Notes under the pieces: generated by a model
Seen by the model: the letters and a program-made list of their open reading frames with translations, nothing else
Told to the model about the DNA's origin: nothing
Databases searched by the model: none
In this document: one piece after another, positions 46,001 through 63,652 of the stretch
Layout of the letters: the number at the start of each line of letters is the position of its first letter
Numbering within the stretch: position 1 is the stretch's first letter
From: Anthoceros angustus
Lineage: Eukaryota; Plantae; Anthocerotophyta
Assembly (NCBI GenBank): GCA_010909165.1
Contig: MU008188.1
Span: 124,001-188,000, forward strand
Direction of reading: 5' to 3'
DNA length: 64,000 nt
Program-made: the position numbers and the translations under genes

Positions 46001-49000
46001 GCATGCAAGCAGTGGGCCGAGGAATGTGCAATGGCAAGCGGGAGGCGATGGATTTGGATAGATCCGCCAATTGAGGCTACTAACGGACGAGCTAGCGAGG
46101 CGGCGTGGTATGCACGGAAGGAGGAGATTAGAACGGCGTTCATGCCCAAGATATCGTTGAATGGTGAGCAGAAGTTCACAGCATGGAATCATGCCCGATG
46201 GTTTGTCGAGGAGGCGGGCTGTTTTCTCCATAAAGCCTCGCCCTATTGCGCGTCATAAACAAGGCCCGGACGATAAAATTCGAAGATGCCTCGAGGTTGA
46301 AGAAGCCGCACTCGTCACGGAGGCACTACATGCAGAAGAGGCTGGTGGACACTATTCGGTACAGGTGACCGTTAAAAAGATCTTGAATGCAGGCTTCTGG
46401 TGGGCTACGATGCAGAAGGATGTGTGGGAGTTCACTCGGAGGTGTGATGCGTGTCAGAGGGTTGGGCGGCCTACATTATCGACACAATGGCCTCTTACCT
46501 ACATCTTACCGTTAGCGCCGTTCGAGAAGTGGGGAATCGATTTCGTAGGGCCAATCAAACCGCCAACGCAATGGACAAGGAAACAGTACATTTTGGTGGC
46601 TACGGATTATTGCACGAAGATGGTGGAGGCGAAGCGAGGAAGGACGGGCACTGCAGGTAGTTTTTATTCGAGAACATCATAACAAGTGCGGTGTCCTTTG
46701 GAGTTGGTCGTGACCAGGGACACATTTCCTCAACTCGTCGTTGAGTCCCTAACCACCTACTTCAACATTCGGCATCGAAGACGACCCCTACAACCCCAAA
46801 GGCGAATGGATTGACGGAGAAGAAACGGAGTTCATGCACAATCCTCACCAAGGTAGCGCACATGTATGATTGGGATGCTAAGTTGCATTCGACTGTGGCT
46901 CTGAGGACCCTGAGAAGGTAACCACCAAGAAGACCCCTTATTACCTAACATATGGCATGTCTCCTGTGATGCCCGTGGAATTTGAAGTACCCACCTACAG
47001 GATCATGGAGGATGAACGCATGACTGTAGAGGATAGCCAGGTAGCTAGACTAGAATCGTTCATAGAGCAGGAGGAACGTAGGGAAGATGCTTTAGAGGAA
47101 ACCCAGCGGATTCAGGAACTCAGGAAGGACAGGCATGATGGGAGGTTGAGGAAGCAAGAGACTATCGTGGCCGGGGATTTGGTTCTTCTGATAGTGATAG
47201 ACTTCCGGGGCTTAGATTGCGATGGATGGGACCTTACGGTGGTAGCGATGAGAATGGATCTGCAACTCCGGGTATTGGTGGCGGTGTTGCCGAGGTGAAT
47301 GGGTACCTTCAAGTACTGTTGTTTTCGAGGGCCAAGCAGTGAGGAGAGGGGAGTATGTGGAGCATAAAGTTTGGGCAACCAGCCCAAAAGAGCGACAAGT
47401 TTGATTTTTTGGCTAGAGCGATTGAAGAAGGCATGCAAATTTTCGAGAATCTTGAAGCTAGTTGTAGGATATTGTTAGGAAGGCAAAGAGGATATCCCGA
47501 AGAAGAAGCAGGTCAAAACGACCCCAGACGGGCGGGAGGCGGTCAGAAAGGTTGGTAGGTGGCGGACTACCCGTGGCTGCCACAAGGTGAGGCGGACTAC
47601 GCGGTGGTGGCGGACTACCGTGGTACGAATCTCGCTAAAGGAAATTGAGAATATCCATATATGCTCAGGGAATAAATATATAGAGTAATTAGTAATTAAT
47701 TAGGATAGCATAGGGTAGGAAAATAGGAAAATAGGATTTTAGGAATGATGAACCCAATCTAGGGTTAGCCTCCGGTGGCATCAAAGAGGGCAAAGTGCGA
47801 GTTTGGCGCCCTCCTCCACTTGAGCCGGGAGTTGGGCGTAAGGAGAAGAAAGGAAGGAAGGAGCGCCGCCGCCATGTTGGGATCGCTGCGACAAGAGAAA
47901 GGCGAGCGGTGAGAAAGAGAGCTGGCGTGGTGGAGCGGAAGAGACAGGACCGGGCGTGGGAGGACTCGGTGCACGTGAGGCCCGCTGGCGAGGCGGAGGG
48001 CCGGAACCATAGGTCGCATCAGTGTGGGGGAGGAAGTCAAGCGGGAAGGGCGTTGCTTCACCTGCGCCACGTGGAAGAGGAGGAAATTGGTGGCGGTGGA
48101 AGATTCAAACAGGCTAACGTGTGCTGCGGGGAGGCGTGCTACCACAAAGGAGAGGTTTGAGGTGTGGAATTTGAAGCTCTCCCTTGGGAAGTAATTTCCT
48201 CCTCACTTGGAGAGGAGCCAAGCACCATGCCTCGGCGGAAAAGGCAAGGGAAGGAGCCGCAAGGTTCTTCCTCGAGGAGGCAAGAAGCGGCGGCAGAGGC
48301 TGCCCGGGAAATGAGCTTGTAATGCCCCAATTTACGTGTTTTGCGGCAGCTCAACCCCGTGATTTAGTTTTCGATGGGCGAGAGGAGGATAACATCCAAT
48401 TGGGATGGGTGTATGGCCGCAATGGGCCTACACCAATTTGGAGATTGAGGAGTGCTTCATCAATCTCCATCAATCGGCAGCCCTTGCCGCGTTACGGAAA
48501 GGAATGCTCGAAGCGGATCCTCGTTGGATGAGGAGCATTCGACAGTGTATGGGAGGCCGGAGGAGAGCTCGGAATTGCTCTCCTCGAAAGGTCGAATGGA
48601 GGAAGAGGGCCCTCCTCTTCGCAAGAGCTCCTCGACATGATGGACGGAGGTGAAGGCCCATGCCAAGAATGGCTGGAAAAGCGAGATAGCATCAAGGAGT
48701 GAAGTGGGCTCTTTGCGAAGATTGTCTTGGGGTTGGTAAATTACCAAAGGACTTCTATTTGACCAACTTCCTGCAATTTTGTGGAAGATTTCAGAGGAGC
48801 CAAGCAGTTGGGGCACCATCATGTATGAGGCCTACATCCACCAGAGCTCCTCAAGCCAAATTCGGTGGATGAGGAAGGCCAAGGCCTGCTACCTTAGCAC
48901 CTATTTGGTGCATTTGTGGGAAAGCAGAGGGACTTCTCACAAGCAAGGAGTTGGAAGATGCTTGGCATCCTTGAGATAATCCATCTCCAGCCAAGCTTGG

Positions 49001-49611
49001 AAAGGCCCTTGCCTTTGCATTGAGGAAGGCGTGGGAGGTCGACCTCCACAAGCATGCTAGGAGCAAGGCGGAGGATGTAGAGGCAACAAGGTTGGGAGTG
49101 GGGAATCTTTTCCCACGGGCAAGAAGGGAGAGGAGCAGGCCGAGGCCGAATGGTAGTCTATGAGAGGAGGACTACCACGGGAGGGGTGGCGGCCCCAAGG
49201 GTGGGGGGAGTCCCCACCATCTCGTTTGTGCCTAGCGAGGCACCCGGCCTACCATGAGGCAGCCTACCCAAGAGGGTGGGCAGACTACGTGGTGGCGTCA
49301 TCACCACGGTAGGTAGGCAGACTACCGCGGGGGGCAGCCCTGCGGTAGGCGGGCACCTGGCCGTAGGGTGCAGCCCTACGGCGGGAGGGAAGGAAAAGCG
49401 GAGGCAGGCGGCGCCTAGGCCGCCACTACCCGCGCTTGGAGGAAGGGCGGATGGGGCGACCGTGAGGGGACCCGCGCCGCCGCGTGATGGCCCGCGGAGT
49501 ACAAGGGAGCTGGAGATTTCCAGCAAGGGGCCAACAGGGGCAGAATTTGGGCCCTTAGGAGACTTGCTGAGTGCTTGTGAAGCACTCAGCCATGTGGATT
49601 TGAAGGGGCTA
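43061..49611 (+). mobile_element. Athila-like Ty3/gypsy internal region (gypsy-C): gag end, PR, RT, RH, INT, accessory ORF; no own LTRs seen
   Basis: Protease VPLDSGSGVNLM (ORF 43515-44135); RT PFGLCNAP / FLDDF (~44810-44905); integrase [20 protein letters not shown] (ORF 46161-46682). Gypsy domain order. Confidence 0.93.
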
Positions 49612-50053
49612 TGACAATTTATATGGATTATGTAGATTAATTACAACATTAAGTAATTACACATTAATTGAGAATCAAGAAAAGAGTCTAAAGTGCTTAT
49701 GCGAAAAGGTAACTTAAACTTAATCTAAACGATGTGACTATTCACGAAAAGTCGAACCCTAACGAAAAGATATCTACCTAACTCAACATCATACTAAGGA
49801 TTATTTATCGTAACTATCCTTAGACCTATAGTCATGATATCAACATAATACCAATACTCCCACTTGTTGAGTAGATCATGACCTAGACATTATCCGAATC
49901 ACGGTCTTCACTCTCGTGTGCTACCGTGAGGGCTTCGCTGGTATCACCCAAACGCGGTTGCGATCTTTCGCGTACACTTTTACGCTCAATCTTCCGCCAA
50001 TTCGAACTCCATATGCGGTACAGGAAGCCGAGATGAGGTACATCTCGCTCATA
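49612..50053 (-). mobile_element. 3' end of another copia element (LTR ~49612-49856, PPT, short internal stub), related to copia-3
   Basis: PPT CAAGTGGGAG (49857-49866, minus) and adjacent patches resemble 16620-16800. AT-rich LTR-like block ends TGTCA on the minus strand. Confidence 0.6.
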
Positions 50054-50054
50054 N
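50054..50054. other. Single N: probable contig join / gap
   Basis: Copia stub on the left, mid-motif PPR sequence on the right; sequence character changes abruptly. Confidence 0.85.
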
Positions 50055-52134
50055 GGCTGGGCCAAGAGGCTTGTTCTGTATGGACAAATGGAGCAGGAGG
50101 GCCTGATTTTAACCATGTCACGTTTGCTTGCGTTCTGAGTGCATGTGCAAGCACTGGTGCCTTACTGAAGGGCAGGCAGCTGCACTCACAGATTGTCGAA
50201 AGAGGACAGCTAGATAACACAGTTCTGGGCAACTGCCTTGTGGACATGTATGCAAAATGTGGGGAATTGGGAGATGCACGCCGGGTTTTTGATACCTTAG
50301 CCACGAAGGATGTGGTGACATGGAATGTATTATTAGCTGGGTATGCACGGCAAGGGCTGGGCCAAGATGCGCTCGTTCTGTATGGTCAAATGGAGCGGGA
50401 GGGCCTCATTTTGGCTGACCGTGTTACTTTTGCTTGCCTTCTGAAGGCTTGTGCAAGCACTGGCGACTTGCAGAAGGGCAGGCAGCTGCACTCACAAATC
50501 GTGGAAAGAGGACAGTTGGAACACGTAATGTTGGGCAATTGCCTGGTGGACATGTATGCAAAATGTGGTGAATTGAAAGATGCACACCAGGTTTTTGACA
50601 GCTTGGCCTCAAAGGATGTGGTGACATGGAATGCCCTGATAGCTGGGTATGCACAGCAAGGACTCGGCCACGAGGCGCTTGTTCTATATGGACAAATGGA
50701 GCAAGATGGCCTCATTTTAGCTGACAATGTTACTTTTTCTTGCCTTCTGAAGGCTTGTGCAAGCACTGGCGCCTTAAAGAAGGGCAGGCAGCTGCACTCA
50801 CTGATTGTGGAAAGGGGGAAGCTAGACATGTGGTTGGGCAACTGCCTGGTGGACATGTATGCAAAATGTGGTGAACTTGGAGATGCACGCCAGGTTTTTG
50901 ACAGCTTGGCCTCAAAGGATGTGGTGACATGGAATGCCCTCATGACTGGGTATGCACAGCAAGGGGTCGGCCAAGAGGCACTTGTTCTGTATGGACAAAT
51001 GGAGGAGGGCCTGATTTTGGCTGACCATGTTACTTTTGCTTGCCTTCTGAAGGCCTGTGCACTGGTGCCTTACAGATGGGCAAGCAGCTGCACTCACAGA
51101 TTGTGGAAAGAGGATTGCTGGATAACATCATGTTGGGCAACTGCCTGGTGGACATGTATGGAAAATGTGGCGAACTGGAAGTTGCACGCCAGGTTTTTGA
51201 CAGCCTGGCCACAAAGGATGTGGTGACATGGAACGCCCTGATAGCTGGGTGCGGTACTTGTGATGAAGGTCACGACGCAGTGGCTTGTTTTGAAGAGATG
51301 TTAGTCGCGGGTGTTGAGCCAGATGATTTTACTTTTACTTGCCTTTTAGCAGCTTGCAGTCACGAGGGACTGGTACATGAGGGGCGCAAGCACTTTGATT
51401 CCATGGCCGAACAGCATGGCATCAAACCTACCATTGAGCATTACAGTTGCATGATTGATCTTCTTGGGCGTGCAGGCCATTTAGATGAGGCTGAGAACAT
51501 GCTACTGTCATGTGAGAGCCAAAGCAATGTTGTGGGGTTGACATCTTTGCTGAATGCCTGTAAAAGTCACGGGGATATAGAGAGGGCGACACGTTGTTTT
51601 GAAAGCCTGGTTAAACTGGAGCCTCAGTGTGCATCGGCATATGTGCTCATGGCCAATGCCTATGCAGATGCGGGTAGGTGGACCGATGCAGACAGGGTTG
51701 AAACACAGAGAGTGGTAGCAGGAGCTAGCAAGAAACCTGCAGTGGCGAGCATTGAGGTGAAGAAGCAGGTACATACATTTGTGGTAGGAGAAAACAGAGA
51801 TGATATTACGCCCAAGGTGGAGAGCATGAATGCATGTCTGAGGCAGGAAGGGGGTCACGTACCTCAGACAAAGTTGGTCTTGAAGCCACTGGGTGAGAAG
51901 GACAAGGAAGATGCGCTTTGTGGGCATGCTGAGAAGCTAGCTCTGGCGTTTGGTCTATTGAACACCCCAAGTGGCACACCTTTGCTGGTAACCAAGAATC
52001 TACGCATGTGCAGTGATTGCCACAGTTCGACCGAGATCATGTCAAGGGTTGAAAAGAGAGACATTGTCGTAAGGGATGGGTACCGTTTGCATCGGTTTGC
52101 AGCTGGTTGTTGCAGTTGTAAGGGTCGACCGTGA
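50055..52134 (+). CDS. PLS-class PPR protein with DYW:KP domain ending in GRP (candidate U-to-C organellar RNA editing factor); 5' end lost at the N, frameshift at ~51060
   Basis: Tandem PPR triplets (VVTWN.., VTFACLLKAC.., LGNCLVDMYAKCG..), E1/E2, KKPAVASIEV (KP box), GHAEKLA, KNLRMCSDCH, CSCKGRP*. Confidence 0.93.
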
Positions 52135-54124
52135 GAATGCAGAAGTTACAGAACGTGAACTGTTGCATGTGAGAGTCGGGAGTCATTCCAATAAGAGGTG
52201 ACAGAGGACTCTGCTTGTACTCCACTTTCGACAAGCACCAGGCACTTTGGCTTTGATCTTATCGAAGCTTGTACCCCATCAAGTTCTCCTCAAAGATTCA
52301 CCACGCATTGCAGTTGCAGCCCCCTGCAAGTTGTATTGTGGAGTCAGCTCAACTGCTGTTCGCATTGATTTTGGCCTCCGTCCGTTGGTGAGCCCGTCCA
52401 TAGCGGCCGACGGACGGAGGGTGCCAGGCTTGTGCCTTTTTACCTGGCGGGCCCACATATAAGTAACGTCTCCGACAGAGGCCTGGCTGTCGCCGACGGA
52501 GCACCCCAAAACAAAGGGTGTCCGGGTCTTCACGCGACGGACGGAAGCGAGCGAAAACTCAATGCGAACAGCACTTAACATATACAGCCTGGTACTTCGG
52601 CCAGTCCCTAGCCCTGGGGGAACACATAGTCTGGAACTTGGAACACCAGGTATTGCAGTACTTGAGGCACTGGTCCACCCGGGATCACACTCCTTTCACA
52701 GGCTGCACAGGCGATACACACAATCCGTTAATTTCTTGGACGTACAAAAAGCTACACTCTTGAAGACCTTAGCAAACAACTGAACAGCAGTTTCAAGTGT
52801 GACAAAGACAGTCCCAAGTTTGTGCGGGGAGATAAGATGTCTTCAAACCTTCTCTGCTTGCATGAACCATCGCTGTCTCCAACAGACAATGATGGAGACA
52901 CCAACCTCAAGCATGTTACATATCACATCCAACTGATTGTCCAAACGATTCAAGAGCTCCGAATTCTCCGCGTTTTGGCAAAATCCCTATTCATGTCAAA
53001 AGCGCGGCTGTTGATTTTATCTCCTGAAACGAAGAACACTCTTGCCAGCTCCTCCGTCGGCACCACAGGTCCTCCCGTCCATCCCGTCTCGCAAAGACAC
53101 TGATGTTCTCCGAATACAGCAAGGAACGAACATGGAAGAGTGCATGGGAAGCACCCTCCGTATGGGAAGCATGGCAGGTGAACACAGCTTCTGTAGAAGC
53201 GTATTCAAGGTCAGCGCGCAATTGGCACTGAAACCAGTGTCGAAGCACTCAATCAGAGGAAGAATCCGTATACAACAGCGCAACGAGCCCGCTGTCAAAT
53301 TCGCATTGGACATCCGCAGCCCCGCACCATAAACCCTAGCTCACTGACACCCTGAAGCTCAGATGAATCACCTCCAGCTGCCTCGTCTCCACAACATACC
53401 AAGTCTCCCAGCTCCCGACGCAGCCAGTCATGGAGCAGCAGAACAACTTCCGTCCACATACTTATCAGCGACTCCAATCCTTGAGTGGAGCCGTTTACGG
53501 ACTTCGCAATTTTCGCTGTGACACTCGCGTCTCCCGCGCTGCGCTCGCACGCATTGCAATTGCAATTGCAGCGCATTCCATCGAGGCCAGCACATTGAGC
53601 TCTGCTGCGCATCCATCTGTCTTGGCTAGCTGGTGTTGTAAAATCGGCCGGCTCTGAGATGCACTGATGGTGTTCCGCACGATCGCTCATTATCTCAATG
53701 ACTTGAACTACAGCATCATCGTCGCCTGCTCTCCAGAAGCCCCGGCTCCAAAGCAAACTTGTCTGCTGCCAAGGCCAGGCGAAAGAGACGGCCCACGTTC
53801 TCCGTGGTAAGTAATGACAACGTAAGTGCTTACTTTATATAGAAACATTCAACTACCTATTTAATACATACAAATTCTCGCACACCCAATGCTGGCGAGT
53901 ACGTGAGGTTGGACATACGTAGATTCGCATTGCTTCCAAGGATTCTCGACAGCCCGCAAAGCTCGTAAGCTGGAGCACGGGCAAGAGTACGCAGCTGGGA
54001 GTGGATTGCGGCAAGCTGGGCGGGTGCTGGCTGCGTGAAGGGAGTCCAGGCTGCTGGAAGCAGACTGGCCGTAGATTTGTGCGGCTGAAGGCCTGTGGTT
54101 TTGAATGCGGGAGACAACGGTAGT

Positions 54125-58462
<4,338 letters not shown>

Positions 58463-59337
58463 AAGTTCTGGGCACCAGTACTTGCCAGTCCCTTATATCC
58501 TGTGCTACTGCTTTGTACTCTATGAGGGTAGTGGAACGGGGCTCCGTGCATTCATTCTGTTCTGGTAGGACATAAGAAACTCGAAGGGAAGTTTAGTTTT
58601 GAAGTTGGACTCATTTTTGTTAAATGAGTGGATAGTTATTATTCTCATTCTGATTCTTTTGTTCAAATTGTATTTTGGTTTGGGTATTTTGGACTATGTG
58701 ATTGATGTTGGCTCCAGTGCTCTCCCAAATGGCCTTTACCCGAGCTGAAGCGCTGCCTGTTGGCCACTCTCGGCTTGCCATGCTTACCAGTAGGACTCAT
58801 CAGCGTTTAGAGAAGAAAATGAGCTCATAGATATGTCTAGCATGTTTGTTTCCAATGTCTAGCATCTAGAACAAACAAACATGCTTGGAACAAACAAATA
58901 GGCTAGGAACATATATGGCCACCCTATGCTTGCCAACCATTAGACTCTTAGATTACATTAGACTCTTCATGTCTTGCCATCATATCTTGTCTTCATGTCT
59001 GCACTCGTTAATTGTCGTTAAACACTCTCTAATTCATTTGCCAATTCAGAAAAACGAGATGAGTGCTGAGAGTAGAGACGTAAAGTAGCACCTTCGTCAC
59101 CTTGATAAAAAAACTCGATGTTTTGCCAAGAAATCTTCTTTCAATTAAGTTTCTTATCTAATGAGCCCTAAAATGTGCAAGCCTGACTATGCAAGATTAG
59201 GGGATTCAACTCTTTTGTGACACAAATCTGGTCTATGGAGTGGGGGAGGAGAATGGCTGTTGTGAGGGAGATTGGCACAACTATGCGGATGATTCCTACA
59301 TGTAAATATGCTTGGTGAAGGCAAATATGTGTAGTCG

Positions 59338-59526
59338 GGTCTTGCCTCTTGTCATTGCAATAGTACATAACTGAAATCGTTAAAGGAAAATGCCCAGGAT
59401 GGTCTTGCCTCTTGTCATTGCAATAGTACATAACTGAAATCGTTAAAGGAAAATGCCCAGGATGGTCTTGCCTCTTGTCATTGCAATAGTACATAACTGA
59501 AATCGTTAAAGGAAAATGCCCAGGAT
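59338..59526. repeat. Perfect 3 x 63-bp tandem repeat
   Basis: Units start at 59338, 59401 and 59464 (GGTCTTGCCTC...GCCCAGGAT). Confidence 0.97.
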
Positions 59527-59731
59527 ACTCTAACATGATAAAAAGCAACAGGGGTTACCAAGTATCCTACGCACATAGACTAATGACTTAGAACCTAAGC
59601 ATCGAATGTAATGCTGTAAATTTTCACGAAGTGTGCTATCGAGGTGCGTGCACCCTAATGCCCTTATTTGAATATTTGCTACTACCACCAAGATCATCGT
59701 ACCCAATAATGTTACCATCGGAACAATGTAT

Positions 59732-59900
59732 GCTCTAATACCATGCTACAAAATGTGGAAGCAAGCATAGACTTGTTGTAGAGGAAAGAACAAGAAAGTG
59801 TAATAAATTAAGAGGAAATAACTCTTAAACACAAAATGGTGTATTGAAGTAAACGAAGATCTCGCGCTTTTTAGATTTGGCACAAGAGAAACCTGCGAGT
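59732..59900 (-). mobile_element. Possible old copia relic (PBS-like TGGTATTAGAGC next to an LTR-like CA end)
   Basis: GCTCTAATACCA then TG at 59732-59745; one mismatch from the iMet PBS. Confidence 0.35.
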
Positions 59901-61428
59901 CCTTAATTAGCGGGGGTTGACCTAGGGAGTGCTAGTTGAGAGGATCAGGTTTGATCGTTTTTGTATAGGAGCATCATCATGGCCACAATCCTGATGAATT
60001 GGATTTTTCTGATGGGCATGGATTCGGATGCGAAATTTATTGTTCTCGCTGGAGTTGTGGAGCTGGTTTCTACTCTGCTTGGAATTTTTAATGACTGTTG
60101 GTTGGATGCTTATGTATTGGTATAGTGCTGTGATTGTGGTTGCGTTGTTGGATTAGTGGTGGCAGATGTATACACTACGTCCACCGAGGGGGTTGCAATC
60201 TTCTACATAAATACAATCATCATTTCAATCGTCAAATTATGATAGTTAACCAGCATAAAATATCGGAGGACGGAGGAAGAGAAGCTGGATTGGAATGCCC
60301 GACTGATGAGAGCATCTTACGAGCACAAGAAGGAGAGGGATTAGAAATTGGAATGTCCTCTCCATAAGTAATAGTATTCAATTTATTTCCACTTGTGCTC
60401 GCCTTCGTCCACGATCCAGTTTTCATTCACGACCCACGACATGCATGAACAACTCACAAACGAGGGCTGACAGGGCGGAGACCTGAGGACTGGCCTGCAT
60501 GTTGGAATTGTACTGGAACCCCCTACACGGACAACCGAATCTTCATTCTCTTGACCCTGCTTCTGTTCCGATGTTAAAGATGCCACGATGTACAACACGC
60601 CAGATCTCTACATGGATACTTTTGTAGGGCATGCTCGTCCCTGGCGTGAGACCGAAAGCATGTACTAAACTATCTTGGTGGCTGGCCGGTCATGGTGCCT
60701 TTGTGGCTGGACTTGTTGCGATTTCCTCAAGCAACGTCTGGTCCCAGCTCTTGATCCCCTTGAAAAAGCATCACATTGTTCACAACCTCAAGCCCGGTGT
60801 CTTCGTCGCGCAGCAAAATGGATAGCAGAATCGAACCAGCGAGAACGATAGCCCTCACATCACTGATCCCCGTACATCAGCAGCTGATCCACATGGACTT
60901 CTCATGTGCTCCATCTGCTAACGAGACGCGCAAGAGTTGCGCAATGCTCACTCTCTTGCCAATGGAAGGCAAAAATTCCACCCGCTGTCAAAACCGTGAC
61001 AAAAACTTGAAGGCGCACAGACAAGGCTGCAGTTGTATACCAGACGCCGCACCAGTGCCGTTCTTCATATCACGACCTTACCCACACCATAAAACCATTT
61101 GTCATCATCTTCACGAGGAAATTAAACAATCACATAGTCATTGCACGTTCTCACCTGTTCTCAAAGTCACGTTCCTCTAACCCGGCATGAAAGAGCATCT
61201 GCTGCAGCGCTCTATGAGGCCGACTTCATCGAATCCACAGGTAGAACAAAACCCTGCTCGAGTCAGACCAAGCACCTATGACATAGGAGGCCTTTCATGT
61301 CGCTGCGTAAAGTAAATTGTGCAGCACAAGGAACGAGCCCGTAGCACCAAGAGCAACCGTGGAGTCGTAACTCTATCTGTAGGCAGGTGCAGAACACAAT
61401 CTGGGGAAGGTGGACATGGAGAGTACAC

Positions 61429-63652
61429 TCAATCCTCACATACACGTAGGCCCAGAGACTGCGGGACAGGCACATAGCCTATGGCCTCCAACTCTGCAGA
61501 GACTCTCTCAAGTTTGGTGTAAACCTCTTTAACCTCTGGGTGCAAAAGATCATCTGCATGAAATGAGTGTACCAGGCTGTGCACCTCAATCCAGCTGCGG
61601 CCTGGTTCCTTCCGCAGGCCTGCTTCCTTCATCAGCTTTCTCACTCGTCCTACTTCATCAAGCCTGCCAGCTCCTGCATAGAGGTTTGATAACAAGACAT
61701 AAACAGCAGGGTTCCTTGGCTGTAACTCGAGAGCACGTTGTGCCGCATAATTTCCTAAAACTATATTGCCTCGAATAGTACATGCACCAAGCAAGCCCCT
61801 CCAAATGACATCGTTTGGTTGAAACGGCATCTGATAGATGAAATCCAAAGCTTCTTCAAGGTGCCCTGCACGACCAAGTAGGTCTACCATGCAGGCATAA
61901 TGCTCCATCTGAGGAGTAAGTTTATGGTCTTTAATCAATAAATCGAAGTATGCATGGCCCAAATCCAAAAGACCACCATGGCTGCATGCAGATAGTACAG
62001 ACACAAATGTGACTTGATCTGGCTTCACTCCTTCCAGCTGCATCTGCTTAAAGAGAGAAAGGGCAACCTTAGCCCTGCCATGCTGTGCATACCCCAGAAT
62101 CATTGCATTCCATGACACCAGGCCCCGTGCTGGCATTGCATCAAACACCTGTCGTGCATGATCAATGCTCCCGCATTTTGCATATGTGTCCAGCAGAGTG
62201 GTCATCACTGCTACATTTTCCTCAAAACCCTTTGAGAGCACTGCTGCATGGATTCCCTTCACCTCTTCAAGAGCCCAGAGCTCGGTGCAAGCTCGAAGGA
62301 TTCCAATAAAAGTCACCTCACTTTCCGTCACACCTGTGTGCTGCATTTCTTTGTAAAGGAGCAGAACCTCTTGGGCATGCCCTAGCCGACCATACCCCAT
62401 GATCAATGCATTCCATGATACCACATCTTTTTCACGCGCAGAGGTGAACACAAGTTTTGCATCCTCAACGCTACCACATTTCACATACATGTCGATCAGT
62501 GCATTGGTCACAAAAACGTCTGACCCATTTCCCGCCTGTATACGTGTATGAACCCTCTTGCCCTGTTCCAATGCTGCTAAACTCGCACATGCTTGAATAG
62601 CTGCCATCACAGCGACCTTCTCTGGAGTGACACCTTCTTGTTCCATCGCATCAAACAATTCTAGGGCCTGCTGCCCAAGTCCATGCTGTGCATATCCTGC
62701 AATCATCACAGTCCAAGAAATGCGGTCCTTCCTGTGAAGCTTGTCAAATACTAGACGAGCTGAGATAATGCAGCCACATTTGGAATACATGTCAATTAGA
62801 GCATTGCTCACAAAGTCGCCTGCCTCCACACCAGCTTCGACAGCTAGAGAATGTATCCACTTCCCATCCTCCAGATCTGTTCCTTCGACACAAGAAGAAA
62901 TAGCATTGAGGAAAGTCACCCGATTGGGTCTCACTCCATCCTCAAGCATTCTTCGGAACAGCATCCGAGCTTCCTTGCAAAGTCCCTGCGAAGCATAACC
63001 TCCAATCAGAGCGGTCCAGACTACCACATCTCGTATCTGCATTTGCTCAAAAACTTCCAGAGCATCCTGTATACTCCCACATTTTGCATACATGTTCACA
63101 AGATTGTTTCCAACGAAGTTATCTAGCTCTAGATTCCTCTGTCTGATCAGCTCATGGATCCTTCTGCCTTCTGCTAAAGCCTTGTTGCTGGCACACACAC
63201 AGAGAACGTGAGACAGAGTAGATCTATCAGGAACGACTTGGTCCTGCTGCATTCTGTCGAACAGTCTGAAAGCCTCCTCACCATTCCCAACCTGTTCATA
63301 TCCATGTATCATTGCATTCCATGTGACAACATCTCTCGTAACCATCCCGTCAAACAACCTCCGAGCTTCATCAACATTGCCACATTTCACGTAAAGAGTG
63401 ATAAGATGGTTGCCCAATTCAGCATTCAGCTTGACTCCGTGTGTCCTGATGCGAGCATGAACTCTCCGGCCCTCTTTAAAAGCTCTTAATTTGATGCACC
63501 ATCTCAGAATAGAGCCACAAATCTGCCGATATGTGTCCTGACTCTTAGACTCCATGCACTCTAGACATGCCAAAGCCTCCTCAAATCTTCCATCTTGACA
63601 AAGGGACCTTACATCCTTCGAATGCAAGAAACGATCACTGTCGTTCTGAGGC
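61429..63652 (-). CDS. PLS-class PPR protein, E1-E2-E+ with PG box, lacking the DYW catalytic core (C-to-U editing specificity factor type)
   Basis: 732-aa intact ORF of P-L-S triplets, KEPGRSWIEV..HP..GYVP then stop. The listed start is TTG; an acceptor TTGCAG at 63653 suggests an upstream targeting exon. Confidence 0.93.

Noticed and set aside
49916-50053. N-terminal 46 aa of the 436-aa PPR ORF
   Set aside because: It reads through the N from copia-derived sequence, so it is chimeric.
52247-53756. Minus-strand gene between the PPR and PGI (e.g. ORF 53295-53756)
   Set aside because: No recognisable domain and no consistent exon chain; could be UTR or lncRNA. Left uncalled.
59338-59526. CRISPR array or repeat-protein gene
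   Set aside because: Contiguous identical 63-bp units with no spacers, in a eukaryotic context.
60400-61260. Additional gene downstream of the E+ PPR
   Set aside because: Short ORFs with no recognisable motif or clear splice chain.
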